NCBI GenBank assembly: GCA_001643675.2
Contig: LSRY02000008.1
Coordinates: forward strand, 496,001 to 560,000
DNA length: 64,000 nt
Source: Monocercomonoides exilis PA203
Taxonomy: Eukaryota > Protista > Preaxostyla
Direction of reading: 5' to 3'
The position numbers and the translations under genes are program-made. The notes under the pieces are model-generated. The model ran no database searches, had not been told where the DNA came from, and saw only the letters and a list, made by a program, of their open reading frames with translations. Shown here piece by piece: positions 28,507 to 42,380 of the stretch; the stretch's first letter is position 1; every line of letters begins with the position of its first letter.

Positions 28507-30991
28507 TCATTCTTTCATCCAAAGCGGTGGCTCAGTCTCAACGGAATATTTCCAGAGATCTGACATTGTCATTCCACTCTTGTCTTTGAGTGAATTGTAA
28601 TGTCTCATCCACTCCGGAGGCTGTGTATTGATATTTTTTATCCAATGCATTGCCATTGTCCTTCCATCCCTGTCAGAAAGAGCAATTCTATGCCTCATCC
28701 ATACTGGTGGTTCTGTCTTCACATATTTAATCCATCCCATTGCCATCGTTTCCCCGTCTTTATCTTCAAGAGCGTTTCTGTGCCTCATCCATTCTGGCGG
28801 GTCTGTTTTAATCCAGAAAATCCAATTCATTGCCATTGTCCTTCCACTCTTATCAGAAAGTGCTGCATCATGTCTCATCCATTCAGGTGGCTCTTTTCTG
28901 ACATGAACGATCCACTTCATGGCCATTGTCCATCCATCCATGTCTGCAAGCAACTTGTCATGTCTCATCCATTCTGGGGGTTCTGTTTTCACATATACGA
29001 TCCATATCATAGACATTGTCCGTCCGAATTTATCTGCAATCGTATTGTCATGTCTCATCCACTCAGGAGGTTCTGTTTTTTTCTCCATAATCCACTTCAT
29101 CGATAATGTCCTTCCATCATTGCTGCCTTGCGCGTTATCCATTGTCATCCACTTCGGAGGCTCTGTCTTGACTTCCCTTATCCACCACATCGCCATTATC
29201 CTTCCATCCCTGTCAGAAAGCGCAATTCTATGCCTCATCCATTCTGGTGGCTCTGTTTTCACATATTCGATCCACAGCATGGCCATTGTTCGTCCAAACT
29301 TATCGGCAAGTGTGTTGTTGTGTCTCATCCAATGTGGTGGCTCTGTTTTGACACTTTTGATCCACAGGATCGCCACTGTTCGTCCAATCTTATCAGCAAG
29401 CGTGTTGTTGTGTCTCATCCATTCTGGTGGATCTGATTTAGCACATTCAATCCACCACATGGCCATCGTCCTTCCGTTCTTGTCGCAAAGTGCAGCATCG
29501 TGCCTCATCCATTTTGGTGGGTCTGTTTTAACAAACCAAATCCACAGCATGGTCATTGTGCATCCGTTCTTATCAGAAAGTGTAATGTCGTGTCTCATCC
29601 ATTCTGGTGGTTCTGTCTGAACATATTTGATCCACTTCATCGCCATTGTATTTCTCAGGACATCGATTCGTTCTATGTCATGTCTCATCCATTCTGGAGG
29701 TTCTGTTTTGATCTCTTGAATCCAAAGCATGGACATTGTCCATCCGTCTTTATCAGCAAGTGTAATATCGTGTCTCATCCATTCTGGGGGTTCTGTTTGA
29801 ACAAACTGAATCCAGAACATAGCCATTGTCTCTCCACCGCTATCGCGAAGTGTGATGTCGTGCCTCATCCACATTGGTGGCTCTGTCTTCACATTTTTGA
29901 TCCACAACATTGCCATTGTTCGTCCAAACTTATCGGCAAGTGTGTTGTCGTGTCTCATCCAATTTGGTGGTTGTGTCTTTTTCTTAATAATCCATCTCAT
30001 TCCCGCTGTTTGTCCATTTTTGTCTTTCAATGTATCATCACATTTCATCCATTCTGGCAATTTAGGTTTCACATAAAATTTCCAATAATCTGCCATTGCC
30101 CGTCCTTTCTTGTCTTTCAATGAATTGCAATGTCTCATCCATTCTGGTGGCTCCTTTTCAATAGATTCGATCCAGAACATGGCCATTGTCCTTCCTTTCT
30201 TATCGGCAAGTGTAATGTTGTGTCTCATCCAATGTGGTGGTTCCGTCTTCACATGATTAATTCATATCATCGCCATTGTTTCTCTGTTCTTATTAGTAAG
30301 TTTTATATCATGTCTCATCCATTCTGGAGGTTCTGTCTTCACAAACTGAATCCACAGCATGGCCATTGTCCATCCGTTATTATCAACAAGTGTAGCATCA
30401 TGTCTCATCCAGACTGGTGGCTCTGTCTTGATTTCCTTTATCCAATGCATGACCATTGTATTTCCTTCCTTGTCTGCAACTTCGTTGTTATGTCTCATCC
30501 ACTCTGGTGGGTCTGTCTTAGCATTTGCAACCCATATCATGGCCATTGTTACTCCGTTATTGTTGCGAAGTGTGATGTCATGCCTCATCCATTTCGGTGG
30601 ATCTGTCTGAACATATCCAATCCACAGCATGGCCATTGTCCATCCATCTGAATCTTTAAGTGTTGCATCGTGTCTCATCCATTCTGGTGGCTCTGTTCGA
30701 ACAAATTCAATCCACAGCATTGCCATCGTCATTCCATTATCATCATGAAGCGTTGTTTCATGTCTCATTTCCAATGGAGGTTCCATTTTCTTTTCAATAA
30801 TCCATCGCATTGCTTCTGTTCTTCCATCCTTGTCCCTTTTCAATGGATCACTTTTCAATTTTTGCATATCTGTTGTATATCTTATTTTACCGCTCAACGC
30901 TTCGGTTTTGCTGCTCGTCCTGCAATATAAGCAGAAAAAATGTCAATCGTTAAAAAGTATTATTTGAAATAAATATTATATACTTGATCAT
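28507..30991 (-). pseudogene. 30-aa ankyrin-like repeat protein, copy B (about 806 codons, about 26 repeats), with one in-frame TGA at 30262-30264; 8-nt first exon 30991-30984, intron 30920-30983
   Basis: ORFs 30262-30897 and 28507-30252 are in the same frame. The TGA replaces the invariant Trp (MAMI*INHVKTEPP). ATGATCAA|GT...TGCAG|G splices in frame. Confidence 0.8.
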
Positions 30992-31537
30992 ATTTTTTTT
31001 TTTAAATACTGTTTGTCATCTTTAAATAAATAAGAAAATGAGCATAAAGTGATTGCACGATTTTTGACAGTGTGGCATTTTGTTATTCAAACATTTTTTC
31101 AAAACAATTTTAACTTTTTAATATTAATTATTCAAATTTTTATTTCTTTTGACGTTCGTTAAACAAGTTGTAAGTGAATGAAAATGAAAAGCCAAGTTGT
31201 GAAAAGTAATAAACCTGTGAATTAATGTTGAGTCTTATTCTTTTTCTGCTCTTTTGCTTTTGCACCAAAACTCTCAGAAACAAAAGTTGAATTTTAACCA
31301 ACTCATTTCTTTTTTCTTTTTTATTTTTAAATTCACATTTCAAATCGCTTCAGGGATGCATTCATTTGGATCAGCCACAGCAACAGTTGAGTGAGTGAGT
31401 GTCTGAGGGTGTGGCAGAAGAGAAGGGAAAGATGAATGCCATTCACTCCGATGGAGAACATGCACATTCTGAAGAGAGGCTGAAATGCTGCCTTTGGAAA
31501 GGAAATGGCTGAATGAAAAGACAAAAACGATAGGGCA

Positions 31538-31586
31538 AAAAAGAGAAAAGAGAGAAAAGAGAGAAAAGAGAGAAAAGAGAGAAAAG
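31538..31586. repeat. (AAAAGAGAG)n 9-mer tandem repeat, about 5 copies
   Basis: Read directly. Confidence 0.8.
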
Positions 31587-32049
31587 GGAGAAAAAGAAAA
31601 AAATGGATGTTTGAATGGAAAATGGGAATGTTCAGAGCAGATGGACAGGAAAAGAATCTGACACTCAACATCATTCAGAATGAGAAGTGAGAGAAGAAAA
31701 ATTAATTGTGAAAATGAGAAAGGAGAAGGAAAAGGAAAAGGAGAAAAAGGAGGAGGAGGATAAGAAGAAGAAGAAGATGATGATGATGGTGATGATGATG
31801 ATGAATAGAATAATTTTCTTCATCTTCTTCCTTTTCTTCTTCTTCTTCTTTGAATGCATTTTTTTTTAGACCTTTCAATTTTGGCGCCTCAGTTGCTGAT
31901 AATGTATAATGTGACCACAACAAAAAGGAGAAAATGTTTCACAAATTTTTTATAAACAGGTGAAATAGGAGGTGGAGATAAAAAAGAAAAGAAAAATAAA
32001 ATAAAAAATAGAGAGAAATTGAGAGAAAAAGTTGAGGAGTGCCCAATCA

Positions 32050-33900
32050 GCGGTTGAGGAGCAACAAGAAGTTTCGACGTCGCACACAATAGCCTCCTCC
32101 TTTGAGCGAGGCAATGCGGAGCACACAGGAATTGGAGCAGATGAAGTTGGTCCAGGAAGAGAAATAGTTATTTTGGATGTTGGGAGTGCTGAAGGAGAAC
32201 AATAAGCAATTGAGGCATCCACGCTCACACTCACTTCCTGCCATTGGTGGAGATTTTATCTAACTGTGCACCAGAGATGCTCGTATCTTTGATATCAGTT
32301 GTTGCGCTCGTATAATGGAACAGAAAAGCATTCCATTTACACACACAGACACACACACACTTTCTCTCTCTTGTGTCTCTAACGCTTTTTGTGAATCTGG
32401 TTCCTCTGGCTCCTCTGGCTCCTCTGATTCTTTTTGCTCCTTTGATGCATCGGCAGCTTCATTCTTGCCAGAGAGGTTTCCCAATGAAGCCTTGTGGTGG
32501 CTGCAAAGTGAACCCAATTGTCAAAGATGCCTCAAGTTCCACTGAAGAGCGATGAAGGAATACGGATGAGCTGGCAAGAGATGAGGAAGACACATTCAGA
32601 TCAATAGAACAGTCTGTAAGATTGACTGCAGTTGTGCAGCTGTTTCGCTCTTATATGTTGTGGCAAAGCTGATTGAACGAGATGGATGTGAAGGAAGAGA
32701 ATGTTGTTCTGAAGCTTTCTGACAGATTTGTTTTAGAAAAATGAAGAAGAACATCGCTTTCGCTAATAATTGCGAGAACTGTTGTAAAAAGATGCCTTGC
32801 ATGGCGCCTGAAGCCATCGTTGAACACGAACGTTGTTGTAGCTGCCTTGAGAGCGAAGAGGTTGATGTGGAAGAGAAAGAGGCAGGAATTGGGGAGAGCT
32901 CAAAGCAGCGTGTAGCTAAGATGGATATGCTTGTCTGATGGAGAAAAGATCCAAGTGGAAGCAATGAGTGATCTATCGAGAAGGCAGAAGAGTGAAGAGT
33001 GGACTGATTCGAAGGAGGAGTGGAAGGAGAAGGGGCAGAAAGTGAGGATGCAGGTGTTGAGAAACACAACAACAGAGAGCTGAAGAAGGAGAAGCGAATA
33101 GAAACAAGACTTTTCGAGACAGACCAGATTCGAGTGTTGGTGAGGCAACTCAAGCGGTTGATGTGAAGGACTGCTGCAGAGAGGGAAGCACAGGAGTCAA
33201 GAGGAGGAACCTGTGAACTGGCTAACTAATATCTGTTGGGCGAGGAAGAAGGTGATGAAGGGAAGAAGATCGACATGAGGTTGGAGCTCAGCAGGGACGG
33301 TAGATGCCGGAGCAGTAAATAGTGGCTTTTGTGGTTAGAGAAGGCCTTGTGAAGTTGGGGAAAAGGAGGAATATACTGACTTGATAGAAGATGCAAGAGC
33401 ACCGGAGAAAGACTTCGTTCAAGGCGAAGAAGAGGTTGAGGATGCAGAAACAGATGGAAGAAGCGTTTGCAGGCGGATTGCAGTCGAGGCACGCTATTGC
33501 AGCCCCCCCTCAGACCTGCTCTTCGCTAACACAGCCTGTGAATACAGATGACTCGGCCAAGCAGTTTACTGAGCATCTCCTCTTCACATACACATACAAA
33601 AACAGAGCCATTTTTCTGTGTGTGAAAGATGTTGGTGATGTTTGCGGATTCCAGAATGATGACTGTTTTGGTGTCTGGGGCAGGCAGCCCCGAATCAGCG
33701 GAGTTAACCAGAACAAACGGGCAGATGGCAACACGAGATGCAGGCCCAACAAGCAAAGAGAAAGTGAACGGAGGGATACGAGTTCCACTGAAGGGGATGC
33801 AAAAACGATGTGGAAAAAAGGAAATGATAAGGATACGTGGACGATGGTTCAGCTCTTGAGATACATGCGCCCTTCTGTTTTATTAACCATTGCATGAGCA
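32050..33900 (-). pseudogene. Decayed fragment of a Ser/Cys/Phe-rich multicopy gene family (unknown, possibly a surface protein)
   Basis: Coding-like composition broken across frames. 32890-33085 is homologous, in inverted orientation, to 35985-36170. Confidence 0.4.
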
Positions 33901-34599
33901 ACGAGCATAAACTGAGTATGTGTGGAATACGAACAACAAGACAAAAGCAGCGAAGTCAAAAGGGTAGATGCCTAAATCAATGATAAATGATGAGGAGGAG
34001 AAAAAGAAAACCAGAGGAGAAGCAATGCTTTGAAGATTCGAAAGGAGAATCGTGTTTATTGGTGTGGAGAACGTTATTTTGGAATAAAAGGTGTAACTTC
34101 ATGAAATATTCAGTTTTTTATTTAACATTTTCAATCACATTTTTTTTATTTTGCTTGATCAACAAATCAATTATATCACAAATTTTTTTTATTTTTCTGT
34201 CCGATAATATATAAACAAATAAAATAGTTGTTTGTGCAACAAACAGTTAACAATGATTTCGAATTGTTGTTTCTTTATTTATTTTCTTGTTTTATTTTGA
34301 TATTTTTGTCCAACAGATATTATTATTTTTATTCATCCTTTTTTTCAACAAATGTTGTTTTTGAATAAGAATATTATAAACATAAATATTTAATTATTAT
34401 GTGACAGATACCAATAAATGAACAAAATGAAAAAAACCGGAATCTAAAATGAAAATCATGCAAAAGAATTTTTGTATTATTATTTGCTTTGTATTTTTTT
34501 GCAATAATAATTTTTATTGAATAAAAATAAACAAAAATTCTTTCCCAATCACATGGAATTCTTCAAAAACCGTTTTTCAACAAAAGAATCGGAATTAAT

Positions 34600-35181
34600 G
34601 CTTTGTTGAATGAATTATGCAAAGAATACAGGACAATATCGGTTTCTCAATGACTGCAAAAGGAAAAATTCTGATAATTTTTCTCGAAATAAATATTATC
34701 AATGAAAACTCTTTAAAAATACGAGAGTTTCATTTTCGTGTTGATTGAATGAAACAACAACAAAAAAATAGGAAATATTCGGAGATACAAAATATCATAC
34801 AGTTTGTGCATAAAATACCGGACATCGCTAAAAATACCGGACAAGTCGAGATCTCAATAGCCGCAAGAGGAATAATTCTGACAATTTTCCTCAAAATACA
34901 CCTCATCAATACTAACTCATTTGAAAAACAAGACTTCACTTCAGCTTCATTTGTGCTCAGAAAAAATATATTTCGAAATCTCGGAGAAACTCAAAATCCT
35001 ATTTCTCTGGTTTTTTTTTAAAAATAAATTTCTTCTGTGCATAAATGAAGCTATTTTGAAAGTTTTGTATTTCAAATGAGTTTGTATTGATGAGATGTGT
35101 TTTGAAGAAAATAGTCAGAATTATCCCTCTTGCGGTTATTGTGAAATCGATCTTGTCCGGTATTTTATGCACAAATTGTAT
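34600..35181. repeat. Foldback inverted repeat (arms about 34797-34973 and 35022-35181) plus an older direct copy at about 34600-34735
   Basis: The two arms translate on opposite strands to near-identical strings (IQFVHKIPD...ARGIILTIF.K.HLINTNSFE). AAAATACCGGACA is duplicated in the left arm. Confidence 0.85.
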
Positions 35182-35959
35182 TTCTATAATATATTCAAAA
35201 TTGTTATTCATAATATTCAATTGGTTTGAATGGAAAAGTTTTGAATGTTAAATGAGTTAAAAAAGACGAGTTGGGTGATTTTTTTTGATATCATAAAAAA
35301 TTACGAAGTTTGATCATAAATTTTTTTCATAAATGGTGGGGTTGAATCGATAAAATATTTGTAAAATTGAGCGAAAATATAGTTTAATATATTGTTGTTG
35401 TTATTTAAAAGTTGTTTTTTAATCAACACAAGTTGTTTTCATAACAAATATCTAGATATAAAAATAATTTCCGAAAAAAATATCGAAATTTCAATAAACA
35501 TTGCAAAACATAAGTTATCTTGCTTGAAAAGCAAGATAATAATTGTTTCAATGCTCAATAAATCAATTTTTTAAATGAAGAATGTCAAATAATGTTATAG
35601 AAAAGAAATTTCAAAATTGACGTTGAAGATCCAAAAAAATATGTTGAAAAAAAACAATTATCGAAAACACAAAAACAAAAATATGAAAGTTATGCAAGAT
35701 ATTTCACAGGTGACCAACAGTTTGCAGTATCCTTCGATTTAATAACAAATAATTCAAAAAAGAACTTTAAAAGATTTATTCGTTAAAAGAAGTGACAGAT
35801 GAAAATAAAAAAAACATTGTTTTAAAAAATAAAACAATCCAATTTGTGAATTTTCATTGTTCGCACAAAAAATGCTTCCATCAAACAAAATTCTTCACAT
35901 GCTTTTTTTCATCTCTCTCTCTCTCTCTCTGTCTTTCATCCTCTTCCAAGTCTTTTTTA

Positions 35960-36620
35960 TTCTTCTGGATGTCTTCCTCAGATGCTCTGCTGTTGTCACC
36001 TTTCTCAACTCCTGCATCCTCATCAGCTTCCACTTCTCCTTCCACTCCTCCTTCGCATCTGCTCACTTTTCCTTCTTCTCCTTCCTCGACGGATCCCTCG
36101 CTGTGAACTCCTCCCTCTTTTCCGAAGCCGACAAGCCTGTTAACCTCAACTCCACACTCCTTTGTGCTTCCCGAGGAACCCTTCGCCTCTCCAACAAATC
36201 TGTCCATTCCCTCCACCTCACCTGCTTTGATCTTCGCGCACTTCCCGCTAACTCCCTTTCTTTCTCCCAAGCATCAACACATCTGCTATCCGTTTTTCCA
36301 GCCTGTGTTCCTGTTTGACGATGGCTCCAGCTGCTCCCTCGAGCATCTCATTGCAACAGATCTTGCCGTTGTTGCGGGCAGCGTTGTTCTTCTCAATCCT
36401 CTGGCTAATCCCCCTTCTTCTTCTCCTTGAAAATCAAATCAGCCAAAAAGCTTCTTCAGTATGATGACTCCGTCTTCACCTCTGCCTTGTTAGGCAAGAT
36501 TTAATGTTGTGTTCACGTCTTCATCATTCAACTCACCAACAATAGCAGCGCTATGCAGAATAACCACTCCATGCTCAGCAACCTCATCTGCTCAGATGCA
36601 GCCGTACTCAACATTTCATT
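35960..36620 (+). pseudogene. Decayed paralog of the 32-34 kb family fragment
   Basis: FLNSCILISFHFSFHSSFASAH vs FLNTCILTFCPFSFHSSFESVH; stops and frameshifts present. Confidence 0.4.
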
Positions 36621-37220
36621 GCTTTGGAAAGTAAAATGAACGTTCCCTGGTTTCAATAAGTGGATTTTCAACAACGAAGGAGTTCTCCTGAGCACCAACT
36701 CTCAGTGCCCTTCCTCGCTCTTCGTATCTGTGCTTTAGGGCTGTCATGAATGAGTGGTTACATATAGGATGATTCAGATATTCAACGAACTGCTTCAAAC
36801 TTTGTTGTCACTTTCTGTTTTGGTTCATCATCGTTATCTCTTCAAACTTTTCATCTTTTCCATATTTTCTTTTTTTCTTTAAAAATCTCTTCAATTTATT
36901 TTCCATCCAATTTCCATTCATCGTATTCTGTCTGAAAATGTTCTTATTTCTCTAAATATTCACTCTCTTCGTCATCTTATCAATCTTCTTCTCATTTTCA
37001 ACGTGTTTCTTTTTTTGGATAATGCCCTTTTATATTCTCAAAAAATATCTTATTCTGATGCCAAAAATGAAGAAATCCAATCAAATGAAGTGAGCGATGA
37101 TGGTTAAAGAGTGTGAAATGATGTTTTTGGTTATTATGAAGAAGTTTGAAATGAACAGGAAGAAGAAGCCCAAAAATCAGAAAAAGTCGGTGGAGAAGAA
37201 AAATAATAAAAAATGTCGAA

Positions 37221-37288
37221 GAAGAAGAGGAAGAAGAGGAAGAAGAGGAAGAAGAGGAAGAAGAGGAAGAAGAGGAAGAAGAGGAAGA
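37221..37288. repeat. (GAAGAAGAG)n, about 7 copies
   Basis: Read directly. Confidence 0.9.
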
Positions 37289-38549
37289 GAACGAAGAAGA
37301 AAAAGAAGGATTATGAGATATCGCAGAAGGCAGAAGCGGAGAAGACGAATTAATAAGTATTGAGTTCATCGTATTTCTCACGGATTCGGAGAATTTCATG
37401 TCTTTGTTTAAGAGTTTTTGGGATTGGATGAGAGGAATATAGGAAAGGTGAGAAGTGAAACAGAAAGAAAAGAGGAAGAGGAAGAGGAAGAAGAAGATTG
37501 CCGCATTGACATAAGCAGAGCAGGGACGAAAGTTGCAGGTAAAGATGAAAGAGCATCCTTTTTTAAATGAGGAAGTCTACAAAGAAAAAAGACTCCGCAT
37601 CGCAGAATTCTTAGGAATTTCTTCAGATGGCTGGTAGAAAAAAAGAAGAAAAAGATCAAATTGAGAAGAAAATGAAGGAAATGTTTGTTGACGATGCTGA
37701 AGTGGAAGAGAATGAGTCGAAGGAAAAGGAATATTAATTGAAGATGGAGAATAATTTGATGTGAATGACGGAGAAGAGGGAGAAGGAAAAGGAGATTGCG
37801 AAAGTTAAAAGAGATGTTACTGAGAGGATGTGATGCTTGTCTGCAGCTTATGTGGAAGCGTAGTTGAGAATTGGTCTATCTTTATCTGACAGGGATGTTC
37901 TACTCCTCCTCCTCTTCCTGTTCCTGATGCATTTATCGCATTGCCAACTGAAGTTGTATTAGCTCCATCAGCAGCAGCGTTTGAAGATCCATTCATATCC
38001 TGTGCGTTTGTTGCAACATTCGATACCAATGAAGTAGACTGAGGCTCAGATGTTTGCTGAACGGAAGCAAAAGCGGAGGGTGTGGATTGTTGTGTGAATG
38101 AAGCACCAACAGCCTTCAACAGCTGAATGAGAGAGGCAGAAATGGACATCGAAGGAGAAGAAGAAGGTTTCTGGTTATGGTGTGTCTCGAGAATGGCTGA
38201 TATTTCGTGGAACAAGGTCTTCTTCACCATCAACTTGCGAAGAGCGGTTGCAACAGCGTTGAGTGCAGTGGTCGTGGCCAGTGTACGAAGCAGCAGGTGA
38301 TTGGACTAAGCGGCAGAAGGGCCGAGGTGTTGCATGGAGAACGAGATGATGGAAGGTGTTGTGCTGGAGGATGACATGGACTGAGAATCAGAAAAAGAAG
38401 TGACGCATGAGGTGAATAGAGAAGGGATGGAGAACACGAAGATGAAGTGAAAGATACTGAAAGCATTTTTGAAAGAAGAGTGTGGACGATGGAAGTGAGC
38501 GGGTGCGAAAAAGGGAGAGGGGGACACGTAGACAAGAGGCACCCATGAA

Positions 38550-41390
38550 AACTTTAGAGAAGAAGGCAAAATCGAATGCTGCTCTTCTTCATGTTACTGT
38601 TCAACGCGCAGCGGAGAAACCTTGTGTGTGTTGAATCTGTCAGTTCGAACAGAGTTTCTCCGATGAATGAGACGCATGCTGTTCTTTGAGGAGGAACAAA
38701 AATTGCATTTTCTGAGGCAGACAGCAGAAGTTGTTGGTCTTCGAAAAAGACATACGAAGCAAACAAAAGCAGGTCTCATTATATTCGTATTGACTGCAAA
38801 TGTTTCATTGTCAATTATGTTCAAAGAGAATCTATTATCATTCTTTCTATTGATCTAATTCTACACATCAGACACAGTTCCAAATGTTTTTCTCTCTTCA
38901 CAGAACAGCTCAACTGTGTCTCTTGCCTCGTCCCCTCCTTCCACAGCTGCCCTTCCTTCTCCTCTCCACCCATTCATCTCCTTTCTCATGTCCTCCACCA
39001 GATGTGTATCTCTTACTGCATCTTCTCCTCCCAAACTGAACAGCCTCGTTCCATATAGCAGGGTCAGAAACTTGTTCGCATCATTCGCCAATTTTCCCCT
39101 CATCGCACAGCCGTGCGAAGAAAAAATGGTTGTGGACTTTGGAAGCTGCGGTGACTTGAGTTGGTTGAAAAGATGAAACAGAGCCTCTCCAAGAAAATGA
39201 AGTAAAGCAGCGACTTCTTTTTTCTAAATCTGCTGCATCGACCGCACAAACTGCTTCTTCAGCTCTATCATCTTTCTGCCTTTTCTCCCAAACACAGAAG
39301 CATTCCCAAAGTCATCTGCTCCTCATCCTCCTCCTTCTTGCATTGACATTTGCATAGCCTGTCTGGATAGACAAACTCGCTAATAAACAAGCCGTGGCAA
39401 ACCCGTTCGCTGAAGTTGTTCTGAGGCATGTCTGCGTTGATCAGCAGAGTTCTGCTCTGATGGCAGATAAGACAAGATGTCTTCGTGACACAGAAACAGC
39501 AGCCAAACTGTAATTGCTGTGTCTTCTGCGCGGGCTCTGCAGCGCTTCTCTGCCTCATTCTGATCCAATTGCATTCTCATCTTCTTCTTTCGCATTGTTT
39601 TCCTTTGTGGACTTGGCTGAAGTGAAGGAAAACTGCAGATAAGTCGGATTGAGCTCTCCGCAGACGATGGTCAGAGTGTGTGAGAAATTGACATGCGACT
39701 TCTTATGATTGCTCTTTTGGGATGTCGATGAAAGCGTCTTTCGCTGCTTGGGAGTGAAACTCATAGCAGGGAATGTGTTTGAGTCTTCTTTTCTTTCTGC
39801 TGCCTTGTCTGTTTTAATAGGCATTTGACGTGTCAACAGATCGTGTTATATCGAAACAATCGTCATCACCGCTAACGTAACTATCATCGCTATCTTCACG
39901 GTCTTTGTCTTCGCTGTCTTCTTTTGCTTCTTCACTGTCTGTTGCACCTGCTCCGTTCACTCACTCTTTCCTCTCTTCATTTCGAATCAAATAGTTCATG
40001 TTCTTCCCTTTCCCTTTCTACCACATCTTTCTTTTTTGCTTCTTTGCCTTGCTTTTCTCTTCCTGAACGAGATTTGCATAAAGTCCAATATCGGTTGGAT
40101 TGATTGTTGGAATGATCCTTCCATGTATCTGCTTCAGTGTGTTCTTCATCAATTTCGTAAGTGAATCTCTTTTCTCCCTGTCCTTCATCTCAGTTGTTAT
40201 AAATGTTGCTTCGATTGAGCTGTTTTCTCTTGTTTTTTGCTGAGTTGAATGTGGTAGAGGTGCCATATTCAAAAACAAATCTGATCTTTTTCGGTGTCTG
40301 CCGATTTGCTCGTGTGCTTGTCATGGATATCTTTGCACTGAGAATCCTGTTTAACTCCACGTCTTCTTCTTCTTCTTCCTCCTCCTTATCATCCACTTCC
40401 TCTTCATATTCATTCCCATCAGTGTTTCATTCACTTCTTCCACTTGTCTCACTCGTGTCAGACTCAGAAGAGTCAAATGTAATGCTGCCATCTTCCATAT
40501 GTAGCAGCTCCAGCTCTCTCGAAAGCAGCTCACTCAGCACATCATACGAACTCATCGTCGTACTTGTCTTTGATTGAAATGCTCTTCCTTTCGCTTTTTC
40601 TTCCCTTTCACTCTCGCTTATCCTCTCCGCTTTTCACCTTTTTGCCTGCCACACTCCAATTCATCTGATGGAAACTCATCAAACACAGAAATAATTCTTT
40701 CCTTATCTTTCTCCTTTCTCATTTCTCCTCATCTTTTATTTCTCTTTGTTCCCAAGCTTCCTCTAACTCTTCAATGTTACAACAGTTGACTCTAAACTCC
40801 TCGCATTCTGAACAGTCACATTTGCACTTGCTCCTCCTTCGCTCTTCTTCCTCTGCTGACTCAACCTCATTGCAGTCATCATTCGCTTCCTCTTCATCTT
40901 CAGTGTCCTTCTGCGTGGGATACACAGCGGAACTTGTTTCATCACCACACGTAATAGCTTCTTCCTGTTCCTGCTAGAATAATTATTATTATTAATGTTA
41001 TTTCCGCTTCCTCCCATCTTGTTTGTCAGCCCCAGCACTTCTGATTTAAATTCTGGTGGAGCTATCCTTGATTCTGCATGTTCTTTTTATTACAGATCGT
41101 CCGCTTGAAGGCAGCAAGCGCTTTTTGCCTCCACTTCTTTTGAGTGTTCTGCCAAGTGTGGTTGTAGGCACACTCAACAATAAAACAGAAGATAAAGGAA
41201 ATGAAGAATTCTTTGTATGAATTCCTGAAATCGGGAAAGAGGAAGCTGGAAAACCAGCATTTGACGAAGCAGAAGAAGACGAAAATAAAAGACCCGAAAA
41301 TAAAATTTAAAAATAAAAATAAAAAAATACCTTGAAGGACAAACATAGAATAATTTGCTTTCACTCCATTGGAAACTGGAAACAGCAAAA
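38550..41390 (-). pseudogene. Fragmented hypothetical gene(s) of unknown function
   Basis: GC-richer coding-like segments broken into many short minus-strand ORFs; no recognisable domain. Confidence 0.3.
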
Positions 41391-42380
41391 TCCTATTCAG
41401 GATTCAGTTGGATAATAGTGAAAGAATTTCGAAGAGGAAAAGAGAAAAAGCATTCGAAATTTAATTATAGAATTTTTCATAAGTTGCAAAAAATAAGCAA
41501 AAATTGAGAATCAAACACATAATTTCAAACCTTTTTCTTCGTAGAAATCCCATTACAAATTTCATTTTTTTTGTTGATCAGGAATTTGCAGAAATGCTCA
41601 TTTGATATATCAAGATAATTCCTATATAATGTTGAAGTGTTTCATTAGGTTTATAACGATTTCTGCAAATTCCAAAGAAATGAAAATTTTTTATGTTCAT
41701 AGAGATCATTTTTAAGTTAAAAGTTTTTTGTTGATCTGTTAGAAAAAATTCATGAAGAATTTTTTTTGAGTGTGTTTGTTTTCTATATATGGCATTGCAA
41801 TATGGAAGAAATAAAAATGATTTCAAGGAGAAAATGCTTGTATATTCGAATTTGAGTTTTTTTCGAATGGATAAAATATCAGTGAAATGAAAAAAATTTG
41901 CGTTAAAAAAATAACGATCATTCATTAACCAAAATGATATAAAAAAACAAAAAATCCTTCATGATGTTAATCATTAAAAAAATTGAAAACAGTCAGAAAT
42001 TTTCTAATCAGATTCATCAACTTTCAATTAAACAAAGTTTTATTACATAATCATAAAACATTCACCAAATATCGACAAAATGTCAACAATTTTGAACAAT
42101 AAAAGATATAAGAAAAAACTGTACTATAACAACAAATTCGTGGTATCAAAGACAATTCCAAACAAAAAAGAAAACTCATACAAAAAGTTCAAAAACTCAC
42201 ATGTCTATTTTCCCTCTGTTTTCCATCCACTCTACACTTTCTGATATTTCTCTCACTTTGACTCAAAAAGATCAAATCCAACAAAGAAAAAAGACAGACA
42301 CAATGATTAAACATCACTTCACACTCTCAACAACTCTCCCTTCCAAAAACCTCACCCAAAGATCAATGAATTCCCTCACA

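Noticed and set aside
34749-35220. Pair of similar short ORFs on opposite strands (also 54710-54931)
   Set aside because: They are by-products of inverted repeats in AT-rich non-coding DNA.
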